Of a stretch of 64,000 nt of DNA, positions 29,563-38,880 are shown piece after piece. Location of the stretch: contig JAKFCY010000002.1 in the NCBI GenBank assembly GCA_036676395.1, forward strand, positions 896,001-960,000, read 5' to 3'. Position 1 is the stretch's first letter, and each line of letters begins with the position of its first letter. This DNA is from Bdellovibrio sp. (GTDB lineage: Bacteria; Bdellovibrionota; Bdellovibrionia; Bdellovibrionales; Bdellovibrionaceae). The position numbers were made by a program, and so were the translations under genes. The notes under the pieces were generated by a model. It had not been told where the DNA came from. It saw only the letters and a list, made by a program, of their open reading frames with translations, and made no database searches.

Positions 29563-30471
29563 TTAAATGGGTTTGATTTTAGTAATTTCCTCATTAATCC
29601 AGGCTCCAATGTGTGGGAGAAACTTATCTATCATTGCTAAGTGGTACTTAATTCTAATTCCAACAACTGCTTTAATGAGTGAAGTTTTTGTTCGGTGCTC
29701 AATTAAAATAGCGGTTAGCTTAGCAGAGCGTAGGGACTCATTATTTGTGGATAATTTTATATCTTGGGGAATTCCATAAATTATATAAATGCCGCAACCA
29801 CTCATGCCTTTCAAGGAAGGAGCTGTTTGCCAAGTGTCATTAATCACAATTTGAGTGTCGCCAGAAAGAGCTACATGTTCTGATTCATTCAATTTAAGTT
29901 TTGAATACTCATTAGAGTCGAGTTCGAAGAAGCTGCATACATCAATAGGGTTTCGATCAGATCTTTGATAAAATTTCGATCTGCTTGCTATAAATCCAGT
30001 AGCTATATGTAAATGAACACCAGTAGGTTGTGTTAAATCGAGGTGCTCTAAATTTAAAGCACAGCTTTTTATATCATCAGTTACTTGGTCTTTTTGTATA
30101 TGGAAAACTGCTGCATCGAGAGGGTCGTCTTGGTGCGTTCCAGAAGCTCCTTTCCCAGTGCTGAATCGATCTCCATTTAAAAAATGAAATTTGCCCTCGC
30201 AGCCTATGATTACTGGGTAATCTTTGTATTCCTCAATGGCGTGAGATGCTGTGAAAATAAAGTGCTCCGTTGAGAGCTTTATAAGGACCCCAGATGCAAT
30301 TTGTATAGGAGGATTTGATATACCTGGAGGTTTAGATAAATTTAATACGTAAAGTGGAACAGAGGCTTGAGGCATTTTTTTAAGTATATCTCTTGCGGCA
30401 CTAGCTCGGTTTTCAAGTTCTCCAAACATTTTTTTCAGTAAAGGGTGTTTTGGATTAAATTTAGACTTCAT
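29563..30471 (-). CDS. Cytoplasmic trypsin-like serine protease
   Basis: ASGVLI...FTASH (His), LDAAVF (Asp), GMSGCG (Ser); no signal peptide; likely start MKSKF at 30471. Confidence 0.7.
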   Translation of the reverse strand: MKSKFNPKHPLLKKMFGELENRASAARDILKKMPQASVPLYVLNLSKPPGISNPPIQIASGVLIKLSTEHFIFTASHAIEEYKDYPVIIGCEGKFHFLNGDRFSTGKGASGTHQDDPLDAAVFHIQKDQVTDDIKSCALNLEHLDLTQPTGVHLHIATGFIASRSKFYQRSDRNPIDVCSFFELDSNEYSKLKLNESEHVALSGDTQIVINDTWQTAPSLKGMSGCGIYIIYGIPQDIKLSTNNESLRSAKLTAILIEHRTKTSLIKAVVGIRIKYHLAMIDKFLPHIGAWINEEITKIKPI

Positions 30472-30612
30472 TTTAACATTATAACTTCGGAGTGAATAAT
30501 TGCGAGAGTACTTTAAATTGGGGCAGTGTGTTTGAGTGTTTTGTGTAACAGCTTGCATTTTAAGCAACACCTTCGTTGTCAGTTTAATTATTAAGTGATT
30601 GAATACTCGAAG

Positions 30613-31653
30613 ATGAGTGGGCCAACGACTAAAAATATATTAATTGATCCCAAGGATGTTAGCGTACCTCCAGAAATTAAAGAGGCCGCGATAATGGGGA
30701 ATTTAACCATCTTTGTTGGCAACGGAGTGTCTCGCCTATATGGCCTCCCATCTTGGAATGGTCTTGCTGATGCAATGCTAAAATCTTTAGTTAATAATAA
30801 GCAAATAAATCACAACACTCACGAATTATTATTAAAGTATCCAATAAAAACTAAAATTTCGATTGCCGATCGTTTTTTTAAGCAGAATTTAGCAACTGGT
30901 GCATATTCTGATATGTATTATGGTTCAATGTTGAAAGTCGATGAAGCCGTTAAAAAAAAGATTTTTACGTATAGTTTGATTGCGAAATGTGGCTGCAAAT
31001 TTATAACGACTAATTATGATTTATTATTCGCCGAAGCATTGAATGGAAACCTTGTCGAAACGGGAGATATTAACCGTGCCGACGTTGAAAATCAGGGATC
31101 GCAAGAAAAAATAGCTGTAAAGAAATCTCAAAGTTATGAAGTAATTAGTAGTCTTAACGATTTTTCCAAAACTAATGTTTTAGAAAAAAACTTTTTAGTT
31201 CATTTGCATGGTTCACTTAGTGATGAAAGTAAAATCGTTGCATCGACAGCTGATTATTTAAATTTATATAGTAATGAAGATAACAGAGATAAACTCACGC
31301 AGATTTTTGATAAGCAAACAGTAGTGTTTATTGGTTATGGGCTTGATGAGTTGGAGATCTTGGAATTCATTTTTAAAGCTGCTAACAGAGAAAGTGGTAG
31401 TCAGTTTTATTTACTGCTCTCACTATTATCTCATGAACTAGAAGTAATACAGCATTTAGAGCAGTACTATAAAGAACAGTTAAATGTCACATTGCTAACA
31501 TATTGCCGAGATCAAGAAGGTTATCTTGCATTGAATCAAGTCGTTGAGAACTGGGCAAAAGAGTTAGAAGGTTTGGTTCAATCTCCGAATCAACCTTTCA
31601 AATTTAGAGTACTGGAAGGTTTGATGAAAGACCATGAGAAGGCGGACTTGTGA
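30613..31653 (+). CDS. SIR2-like (SIR2_2) NADase-domain protein
   Basis: IFVGNGVS...LPSW, ITTNYD, HLHGS and VFIGYGLDE motifs. Start is 30613 (ATG) or 30595 (GTG). Confidence 0.88.
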   Translation: MSGPTTKNILIDPKDVSVPPEIKEAAIMGNLTIFVGNGVSRLYGLPSWNGLADAMLKSLVNNKQINHNTHELLLKYPIKTKISIADRFFKQNLATGAYSDMYYGSMLKVDEAVKKKIFTYSLIAKCGCKFITTNYDLLFAEALNGNLVETGDINRADVENQGSQEKIAVKKSQSYEVISSLNDFSKTNVLEKNFLVHLHGSLSDESKIVASTADYLNLYSNEDNRDKLTQIFDKQTVVFIGYGLDELEILEFIFKAANRESGSQFYLLLSLLSHELEVIQHLEQYYKEQLNVTLLTYCRDQEGYLALNQVVENWAKELEGLVQSPNQPFKFRVLEGLMKDHEKADL

Positions 31654-34472
31654 AAAAAAGCCAGCTAGCAACGCAAATTATTGAAGTAATTTCCAAAGAT
31701 GAAAGTAGCTCGACTTATTTCTTTGGTAATTCAAAAGATCCAGATTTGTTTATTCCGTTAAAAGAAGCAGGTTTCTTTGATATCTCCAAAGTGCCGCCAA
31801 TTATTCGTATTGACGAGTCCAAATATAGATATCCTCAGTGGCCACAAAATCATTATTTAAAAATGGTCGCTCAAGCACTTCGAAAAAATGAAGAGGTGCG
31901 TAGCAAAAACATTACTAAGTTCTTAGAAACACTTCGAAATCTATACCCAATTGGAGACAATCAAATAATAGCGGATTTCGTGTTCGAGTGTGTCACTTTG
32001 TTGCCTTTGGAACACTTGGAAATTTCTGATGTTCAATCTATTTTCAAGCTGTTTGTGCCGTCTAAACACAGAAACACCTTAGCTGAGATGGTTGTATTTG
32101 ATGGATTTGAAAACATTCTTGGATCAGTGAAAAATGATGAAAAATCTAAGACCATATTGTCTGAATACGTTAAAAATATGTTTGACGCCAAATTGGCTGG
32201 AGAATCATCACGAGAAGAATTAATGTTTTTCGGCTATAGAGGTCTTGAGTATTTCATACCTAAACATTTCGATTTGGAAAAAACTTACTCTGAAAAATCT
32301 TTTGTATTTGAAGTTATAATTGAAGTTTTATCGGGGCTTTTGGAAAGAGAAGTTGATGATGATGGGACCGAGAAAAGTTCTCAAATTTGGAGACCTGCGA
32401 TAGAACCCCATTCACAAAATAATTATCGTACAACTCCCCCAGCTATATATGTAGAAGTGCTTTTCATGTTATCTACATTTATGCTTGGAAAAAATCATAG
32501 CTTGCCGATTGTAGATAAATGGAAAAGGAAAAAATCTGAAATCTTTACGAGAATAAGTATTGCTCTTGCGACTGACTTTCCACAGCTTGTGACGATTGAT
32601 GTTAAGGGTACAATAATTGACAATTTGGATTTTTACACAGTCGCTAGACATGAAATTTTTCGATATTTGAAGACCCATTTTGGGATGTTTGATACCTCTT
32701 TGAAGAAGGCGCTATTAGAAAAAATCAAGAGTTTAAAATATGTAGATAAAAACTCTGTATATACAGAAAGCGACATAGAACAGATAAGTGCAAATGAACA
32801 AATGAGATGGTTGTTAGCTATAAATCATACGGGGGACAAAGATGTTCAATCTCTGTATAATGCCGTATTTGCCATAACTAATCGAGAAGTTGAGCATCCA
32901 GATTTTTCTACGTACATGAGCTCAGGATGGTATGGTCCGAAGTCTCCTTGGGCAATTGAAGATTTTGCTAAGGCAAAATCTGATGAAATTTTTGATAAAC
33001 TTATTAATTTTAAAGATTCTGATTCATTTCGTGGACCCACCAAAGACGGATTGGCGCGAGTTTTTGAAGAGTATATCCTACAGGATCCACTAAAGTGTTC
33101 AGCTCTTTTAAGCAGACTGCTTGAGTTGGATTATGACTATTGTACTGGTGTTTATAATTCCTATACCAAAAGTTGGAGTGAAAAAAAGTATGTTCCTGTA
33201 GATAAATTGTTAAGTTTAGCGCTTCAATTCTTTAATGATTCAAAGTTTGTAGCTGAATTAACTAACAAGCGTTCAAGATCTCAATGGTTAGCTGCTTCAA
33301 TTTTTAAATTTGTCGATGTTGGTACGAGGGATGACAAAAATGCTTTCGATCCAAAGCATAATCCTGAATGTTGGAAAATTCTATGTAAAGCTGAACAGGT
33401 TACTGTATCTGATTCAGATTATGTGGGTTCGTCTGATGCGTTTACTAGAGCGCTTAATGAGCCACGTGGAAAGTTATTTGAAGCAGCGATAGTTTTAGCC
33501 TTGAGAGATGCTCGGCTTGCTTCGAAAGATGCAGCTATCGTGGCTACTGTATGGAAAAAATTATATGAACTATTGAAACCTTCTCTTGAAAGAACAGAAG
33601 TAACGGAAATTTCATTACATGCTCAGATCGGCGCGCACTATAGACAGTTAATGTTCTTAAATGAAAAATGGATTTTTGAAAACTTAGAGTTAATTGCTCC
33701 GCTTGATAAATCTCGTGAAATGCTATGGTTAGCATTTATGGAAGGTTTTTCGTATGTCTCCGCTTATGTTAAGGAAATGTTTTTGACTCTTGAAAACAGG
33801 GGGGATTTAAAAAGATTTCTGCGGTTCAAATTAGACTCTGGTGAAAACAATAGCCGATTGGACAGACTTCAAGACAGAGTTATTGAATTGTCTATAGTTG
33901 CTTTAGTCATGGAGGATGTAACTACAGATTCAACGGTGTTTCAGGCAATTGTTTCTGGGCGTGATGAGGATGAATGGCGTAAGCTAATTTGGTCATTTTA
34001 TGGTGTAGTAGTTGGAAGTAAAAAGCAGGAATACTTTGAAAAAGCCAAAAAGACAGTCTTTGATTTAATTACTAATTTTGAAAATACAGAAAAAGATTTA
34101 AATTGGATGAAACTATTTAAAGGAATAGATCAAATGTTGGCTCTTGTTGCTGATCCTAATGAAGCTATTGTTGATAAAATAGTAGAAATAGATGCGCGAA
34201 ATAGCGAAGGCGGCTGGGATATGAATGATGTTATAGGGTTTCTTCATAAATTTAAAAACTCGCATACTAATCGTATAGGCGAGCTTTTTCTCAAAATTAT
34301 AAACTTGGCACCAGCTCCTCCGTCTTGGCCTGATGATAAAATATATGAAATTGGAATAGCATTGCAGTCAGAACGGCCTTTACTTGTGACTATTTGCAGA
34401 GCTTATACTGACAAGTCATTTTCTCAGGACTCGCCGATATATAAAGCTTGTAAAGACTGCGGCATAATTTAA
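31650..34472 (+). CDS. Large, probably alpha-helical hypothetical protein, partner of SIR2
   Basis: 940-aa ORF; GTGA overlap with the SIR2 stop; no signal peptide or P-loop seen. Confidence 0.8.
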   Translation: MKKSQLATQIIEVISKDESSSTYFFGNSKDPDLFIPLKEAGFFDISKVPPIIRIDESKYRYPQWPQNHYLKMVAQALRKNEEVRSKNITKFLETLRNLYPIGDNQIIADFVFECVTLLPLEHLEISDVQSIFKLFVPSKHRNTLAEMVVFDGFENILGSVKNDEKSKTILSEYVKNMFDAKLAGESSREELMFFGYRGLEYFIPKHFDLEKTYSEKSFVFEVIIEVLSGLLEREVDDDGTEKSSQIWRPAIEPHSQNNYRTTPPAIYVEVLFMLSTFMLGKNHSLPIVDKWKRKKSEIFTRISIALATDFPQLVTIDVKGTIIDNLDFYTVARHEIFRYLKTHFGMFDTSLKKALLEKIKSLKYVDKNSVYTESDIEQISANEQMRWLLAINHTGDKDVQSLYNAVFAITNREVEHPDFSTYMSSGWYGPKSPWAIEDFAKAKSDEIFDKLINFKDSDSFRGPTKDGLARVFEEYILQDPLKCSALLSRLLELDYDYCTGVYNSYTKSWSEKKYVPVDKLLSLALQFFNDSKFVAELTNKRSRSQWLAASIFKFVDVGTRDDKNAFDPKHNPECWKILCKAEQVTVSDSDYVGSSDAFTRALNEPRGKLFEAAIVLALRDARLASKDAAIVATVWKKLYELLKPSLERTEVTEISLHAQIGAHYRQLMFLNEKWIFENLELIAPLDKSREMLWLAFMEGFSYVSAYVKEMFLTLENRGDLKRFLRFKLDSGENNSRLDRLQDRVIELSIVALVMEDVTTDSTVFQAIVSGRDEDEWRKLIWSFYGVVVGSKKQEYFEKAKKTVFDLITNFENTEKDLNWMKLFKGIDQMLALVADPNEAIVDKIVEIDARNSEGGWDMNDVIGFLHKFKNSHTNRIGELFLKIINLAPAPPSWPDDKIYEIGIALQSERPLLVTICRAYTDKSFSQDSPIYKACKDCGII

Positions 34473-34618
34473 CAAAATATTCTGTGCTTGTTGCTGATAT
34501 TCGTCGCAGGATGAAATGTAATGAACTTCGAACTTTTCAGAGGGAAAGGTTATTTTTTTACTCGGCGTATCGAACGGAAGCGGGCTATTTTTAGCGGAAC
34601 TAACTAAAAAGGAATTTT

Positions 34619-35650
34619 ATGTCTAAAAAGAAGATCGTAGTAGATAAAAGCAACCAAGATACGAGAAGAATACAGGTTGATATTAGCAAGTACAATTCGA
34701 GCCAGAATCAGTTATTGGGTCTGATGAAAAATCCCTTATACAATCAGATGGAATTATTTAAAAACCCTATCAAGGATATGTTTAAAGTTAACCAACCGTG
34801 GCTAGGTGTAGAGAATCCATTTCTAAATCGTACAGAACAGCTGAACAGGCAATTGAATTCATTCTCAATTCCACAACCAGCCTTAATTGCCTTGGAGGTT
34901 TTAGAACGTCAGAATTCTCTTTTCGAGCAATTTAAATCGATAGCAATTCCAGAATGGAGTATTATTGGGAAAGGCATCTTTGAGCGGTTGTTCGAGGTTG
35001 AAAAAGAATTGGAGCCGATTCTAAAAGAGGATATGGTGTTTGTTCCCCCTTTTCTGATGAAGCTAACTGCATCAGAAATTCAAAAGCTCTTTTCACAACC
35101 AGGTAAAAAGCCTGTTGAAATTTATGAAGAGATTTTTGAAGATGAAAATAATTTATACAGTCTGATTGAAGAGTGGAGTGAACATGAATACTTAGGGGAA
35201 AGAATAGTTCACCTTAAGTCAGCAATTGCAGCTCATCAGAGAAGAGATTACGCAGCATCTATTCCATTATTTCTAATTCACATAGAAGGAGTGTTGACTG
35301 ATGTTCTAGCAGTTAAGAATCACTCACAATTTGAATCAAAATTAAAGAAATTATTGCCAAAAACTGAAGTTGCCTATCCCGATATTTCGGGTGCCGATAC
35401 GCTCGCTGATATTGTTTGTCGTGAAATTTTTGAATCTAGCTACAATCTTGAAAGAAAGCCAGAAAAGAATAAATACCCGAATCGTCATGAAATTTTACAT
35501 GGTAAGGACCTAAATTATCACAAGGTCCCTTTTGCATCGACCAGATGTATTTTAGTATTAGACTTGCTTAGAATTAGCGAGCTAAATCCAAAACTTGTTG
35601 AGACGAAGGTTTTCAAATCCGGACATGTGGCTCTCCATTATGCGAAGTAA
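34619..35650 (+). CDS. HEPN-like domain protein
   Basis: AIAAHQRRDYAASIPLFLIHIEG and NRHEILHG (RxxxxH) motifs; AAGGA RBS. Confidence 0.6.
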   Translation: MSKKKIVVDKSNQDTRRIQVDISKYNSSQNQLLGLMKNPLYNQMELFKNPIKDMFKVNQPWLGVENPFLNRTEQLNRQLNSFSIPQPALIALEVLERQNSLFEQFKSIAIPEWSIIGKGIFERLFEVEKELEPILKEDMVFVPPFLMKLTASEIQKLFSQPGKKPVEIYEEIFEDENNLYSLIEEWSEHEYLGERIVHLKSAIAAHQRRDYAASIPLFLIHIEGVLTDVLAVKNHSQFESKLKKLLPKTEVAYPDISGADTLADIVCREIFESSYNLERKPEKNKYPNRHEILHGKDLNYHKVPFASTRCILVLDLLRISELNPKLVETKVFKSGHVALHYAK

Positions 35651-35662
35651 TTCAGGTTCAAA

Positions 35663-36061
35663 ATGAAAACAGTTATTTTTGCCTGCGTACACAGTGCAGG
35701 TAGATCGCAAATGTCAGCAGCATTTTTTAGAAAACATACAAATCCTTCATTATTCACGGCCATCGCTGCTGGCACTGAGCCCGCGACTAGAGTTCATCCC
35801 GAAGTAGTCACGGTTATGCAAGAGGGTGGCATTGATCTGTCTAATGCAAAGCCCACATTGTTAACTCAAGAGTTAGCTCAAAGTGCAAGTTTGCTTGTAA
35901 CTATGGGATGCGGTGAGAAGTGTCCGTTTGTTCCAGGTCTTAAAGTTGTAGATTGGTCTTTAAAAGACCCCAAAGGCCAAGGATTGGATAGCGTTAGAAT
36001 TATTCGTGACGAGATTGAACAGCTTGTTTTGCAGCTAATTGAGGCAAATGGATGGGCTTAA
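35663..36061 (+). CDS. arsC: Arsenate reductase, LMW-PTP family
   Basis: P-loop CVHSAGRSQM, TMGCGEKCP and DPKG motifs. Confidence 0.85.
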   Translation: MKTVIFACVHSAGRSQMSAAFFRKHTNPSLFTAIAAGTEPATRVHPEVVTVMQEGGIDLSNAKPTLLTQELAQSASLLVTMGCGEKCPFVPGLKVVDWSLKDPKGQGLDSVRIIRDEIEQLVLQLIEANGWA

Positions 36062-36132
36062 TTTACATAAAAAATATCAAATTTTCAAACATCCTTGATT
36101 CAGCGCTAAAGCGACTGCTATTTAGTCTCTAC

Positions 36133-36549
36133 ATGAAAAAATCAGTCTTTGCTTTAGTTTCTATTCTTGTTCTATTTACGCAGTCGTATGCAGATAACTG
36201 CAGCTCTCAAAATTTGATCGGGGAGTGGACAAGTAAAACTGAATTAGCCTCAGCACCACATGCGGTTTGCGGTAAGACTGTAAAAAATGAAAAGACAGTC
36301 TTCACGTTTGTGAAAAAGGCTGGAAAATTTTCTGGGTCTGGTGTGAACGTGACTGTAACCACTTTTCAAAATCAGAAGTCTTGTTCGCCGGTGACTAAGA
36401 CATTAAAGTACCCGTTTGTTGAATTATATTCTGACGGCAGCCTTAGTATCATGTCAGAAAATGGCGCCCAGGTCGCTTCTGATTGTGCTGTAAGTTCTGA
36501 CCGCTCTAAGTTGAAGCTTGGTAACCATCTGTATCTGCGAACTAAATAA
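36133..36549 (+). CDS. Secreted hypothetical protein
   Basis: Signal peptide MKKSVFALVSILVLFTQSYA; four Cys. Confidence 0.7.
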   Translation: MKKSVFALVSILVLFTQSYADNCSSQNLIGEWTSKTELASAPHAVCGKTVKNEKTVFTFVKKAGKFSGSGVNVTVTTFQNQKSCSPVTKTLKYPFVELYSDGSLSIMSENGAQVASDCAVSSDRSKLKLGNHLYLRTK

Positions 36550-36550
36550 T

Positions 36551-36934
36551 TTAACCCATCATTACGAAAAATAGCGAAAGCAACGTTGTTCCAAAATAAA
36601 CAAACATGTTTGCCGAACCCTGAAAATCGTAAGTGATTCTTAATCCGAACAATAAAAATCCAAACAAAAAAAGCGAACCTAAAAGTGCGAATGGCAGTAC
36701 CGCAATATTAAAGATCGAAATAATAAAGGCTATAGTTAGTACAGCTTCAAAAGCGGCAATGAACCAGTAGCCTACTGAAGCTCCGCCAGGAAGTCGTTTG
36801 ATGAACGTGTTCTCGAATTGTTTGCCGAACCAGTCAGGCATTGAAAGAGTTTTCCATTTGTCGTAAGCGGCAGTTCCAAAGAGTACAGCATAAATAAAGA
36901 TAATTGCGAAGTTGCGGATAAGCTGAAATGTCAT
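36551..36934 (-). CDS. DoxX-like small membrane protein
   Basis: Four TM segments; PDWFGKQFENT; likely start MTFQ at 36934. Confidence 0.6.
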   Translation of the reverse strand: MTFQLIRNFAIIFIYAVLFGTAAYDKWKTLSMPDWFGKQFENTFIKRLPGGASVGYWFIAAFEAVLTIAFIISIFNIAVLPFALLGSLFLFGFLLFGLRITYDFQGSANMFVYFGTTLLSLFFVMMG

Positions 36935-37070
36935 AGATTTTCCCCTAATAGAAAAGATTCTACGCAAGTGTCGTTGTAAGTCTATATAGACGCCTACACG
37001 GCGCACAAATTTGTTGATCCGAGTTAAGCGATGATGTTTAATCCCCCAAACTGACTTTGGGGGCGAAGTT

Positions 37071-38246
37071 ATGATTAAAAAGTATATGGCTTGGTTTTGT
37101 CTAAGTCTTCTTGTTGCGGTCGCAGCTGGCGCAGATATCATCAAAAATAAAACTTATTTTTCGACTGTTGGCGAAGTGAATAGCTTTCTTTGGGCTCCGC
37201 TAAGATATCAAAACGATTTTAGATACGATATTTTCTATTATATTCCTAAATCCTTAGAAACAAACTCCAACGCAAGTGCCGTGATATTCATGCACGGCGG
37301 TGGTTCTTCGACAATGGATCGTGAAGGCTCGATCAAGACAGTTCTTCTTTATATGAAAGACTTAAAAAAAATCGCTGACGAATTAGGTATTATCGTTGTT
37401 CTGCCGTCTGCAAACGGTCTTAATTGGGGCGGGCACACGCGTGGCTTATTGCGTGAACTTGGCTGGTTGATTAAAAAAGATCTGAATATTGATGTGAACC
37501 GTTTAGGTGTTTCAGGCCATTCGATGGGCGGCATGGGCATTACCCGCAGTTATAGTTGGACAGCCGATGAATTTGCTTTTTATTTACCAATGGCCGCCGG
37601 AATGGATGTGACTTGGCAAACCGAGTCTTATCTGAATAAAGTTTTTAATGTTCCGTATGTGCACTTACAAGGGCTGCAAGATAGTTTCGATATTTTTGTT
37701 CCCCGTTGTGAAGAACAACTAAAAAGAACAAAAGAATTAGAATCACTTTACGGCGTAAGTTCAAAGCTTGAGATCGTTTTTTACAATGGCGGCCATAATT
37801 ACGACTATGATTTATTTAAAAGTCATTTAAGTCGACTTGTGACTGCAGCCCCGCGTAATCTGTATCAGAAAGAACTTTGGGGAACTCTGCATACCGTAAA
37901 AGGTGTGCGCACTGAAAACAATATTACTTTCGATTATGATTCAGAATCTAGATACTTCTGGATCGAACTTAGAAAGACCGATCTTTCAGTAGCAGAGGTC
38001 GTTAATTTTCATGCAAAGATTGATCAAAACATCATTCGCATTGATATGCCAGTGCTGCCAAAACAAAGTAAAGAGCTGCGAATTTATTTGCACTCAAAGA
38101 TGATTAACTTAAGCAAAACAATAACTGTACAACTTAACGGAAAAGCCGTTTATGTTCGTAAAGGCATGTACGGCAGACTTCGCAATATGGATACCCGTGA
38201 TAAAGGTTTTAAGTTCGAAGATGTTATTAAAGTAAAATTAAATTAG
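37071..38246 (+). CDS. Secreted alpha/beta hydrolase
   Basis: Signal peptide, HGGG oxyanion motif, GHSMGG nucleophile, GGH. Confidence 0.8.
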   Translation: MIKKYMAWFCLSLLVAVAAGADIIKNKTYFSTVGEVNSFLWAPLRYQNDFRYDIFYYIPKSLETNSNASAVIFMHGGGSSTMDREGSIKTVLLYMKDLKKIADELGIIVVLPSANGLNWGGHTRGLLRELGWLIKKDLNIDVNRLGVSGHSMGGMGITRSYSWTADEFAFYLPMAAGMDVTWQTESYLNKVFNVPYVHLQGLQDSFDIFVPRCEEQLKRTKELESLYGVSSKLEIVFYNGGHNYDYDLFKSHLSRLVTAAPRNLYQKELWGTLHTVKGVRTENNITFDYDSESRYFWIELRKTDLSVAEVVNFHAKIDQNIIRIDMPVLPKQSKELRIYLHSKMINLSKTITVQLNGKAVYVRKGMYGRLRNMDTRDKGFKFEDVIKVKLN

Positions 38247-38253
38247 GTAAAAA

Positions 38254-38874
38254 ATGTTAAGTATTTTTATTCAAGGTTTTTTTCTTCAAGCCAGTTTGAT
38301 TCTAGCGCTTGGTGCTCAAAATATTTTTGTTCTTAATTCGGGGCTTCGTAAACAACGACACCTGCTGGTCGCCTTCGTTTCATCGGTTTGCGACACGATT
38401 CTTATATTTGTGGGCGTTCTTGGCGTGGCTACGTTTTTTATTCAGTTTCCTTTATTAAAGATTGGTCTTGGTGTTGTCGGTGTCGCTTTTTTGCTATTCT
38501 ATGGAATTCTAAAACTTAAAGAAGCAGTGAATGGCGTTGAGATTTCTCAATTAGCAAAACCGGCAACGACAATGAAGCAAACAATTCTAGCAAGCCTTGG
38601 TTTCAGTTTACTAAACCCCCACGTGTATCTTGATACCGTCGTCTTAATCGGTGGCTATTCTTCTAAATTCAGTCTTATCAACGATAGATTCGCTTTTGGC
38701 GCGGGAGCTTCTGTATTTTCGATAGTTTGGTTTTATGGGTTAGCCCTGCTTGCTTCAATCGCTAGTCGTTTTTTAAACAATTCAAAAGCTATGCGGACCG
38801 TGTCGTTAATTTCTGGTCTTATTTTAGTTTTACTTGCGTTGAAATTAGGAAATGATGTTATCGGTTGGATCTAA
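38254..38874 (+). CDS. LysE/ArgO amino-acid exporter
   Basis: LILALGAQNIFVL and LLNPHVYLDT motifs. Confidence 0.9.
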   Translation: MLSIFIQGFFLQASLILALGAQNIFVLNSGLRKQRHLLVAFVSSVCDTILIFVGVLGVATFFIQFPLLKIGLGVVGVAFLLFYGILKLKEAVNGVEISQLAKPATTMKQTILASLGFSLLNPHVYLDTVVLIGGYSSKFSLINDRFAFGAGASVFSIVWFYGLALLASIASRFLNNSKAMRTVSLISGLILVLLALKLGNDVIGWI

Positions 38875-38880
38875 GTGGAT

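Larger units (their letters stand above)
28512..35650. mobile_element. Decayed tRNA-Asp-integrated genomic island carrying putative defence genes
   Basis: att-like repeat, integrase remnant, visibly different AT-richer codon usage and SIR2/HEPN cargo. The right boundary was not identified. Confidence 0.65.

Noticed and set aside
31651..31660. A7G run resembling a -1 frameshift signal at the SIR2/partner junction
   Set aside because: It lies at and after the SIR2 stop codon, so an elongating ribosome would terminate first. The GTGA overlap explains the junction.
30613..34472. Assignment to Thoeris, SIR2-HerA or SIR2-pAgo
   Set aside because: No TIR or SLOG/Macro domain, no Walker A and no recognisable PIWI motifs were seen in the neighbours.
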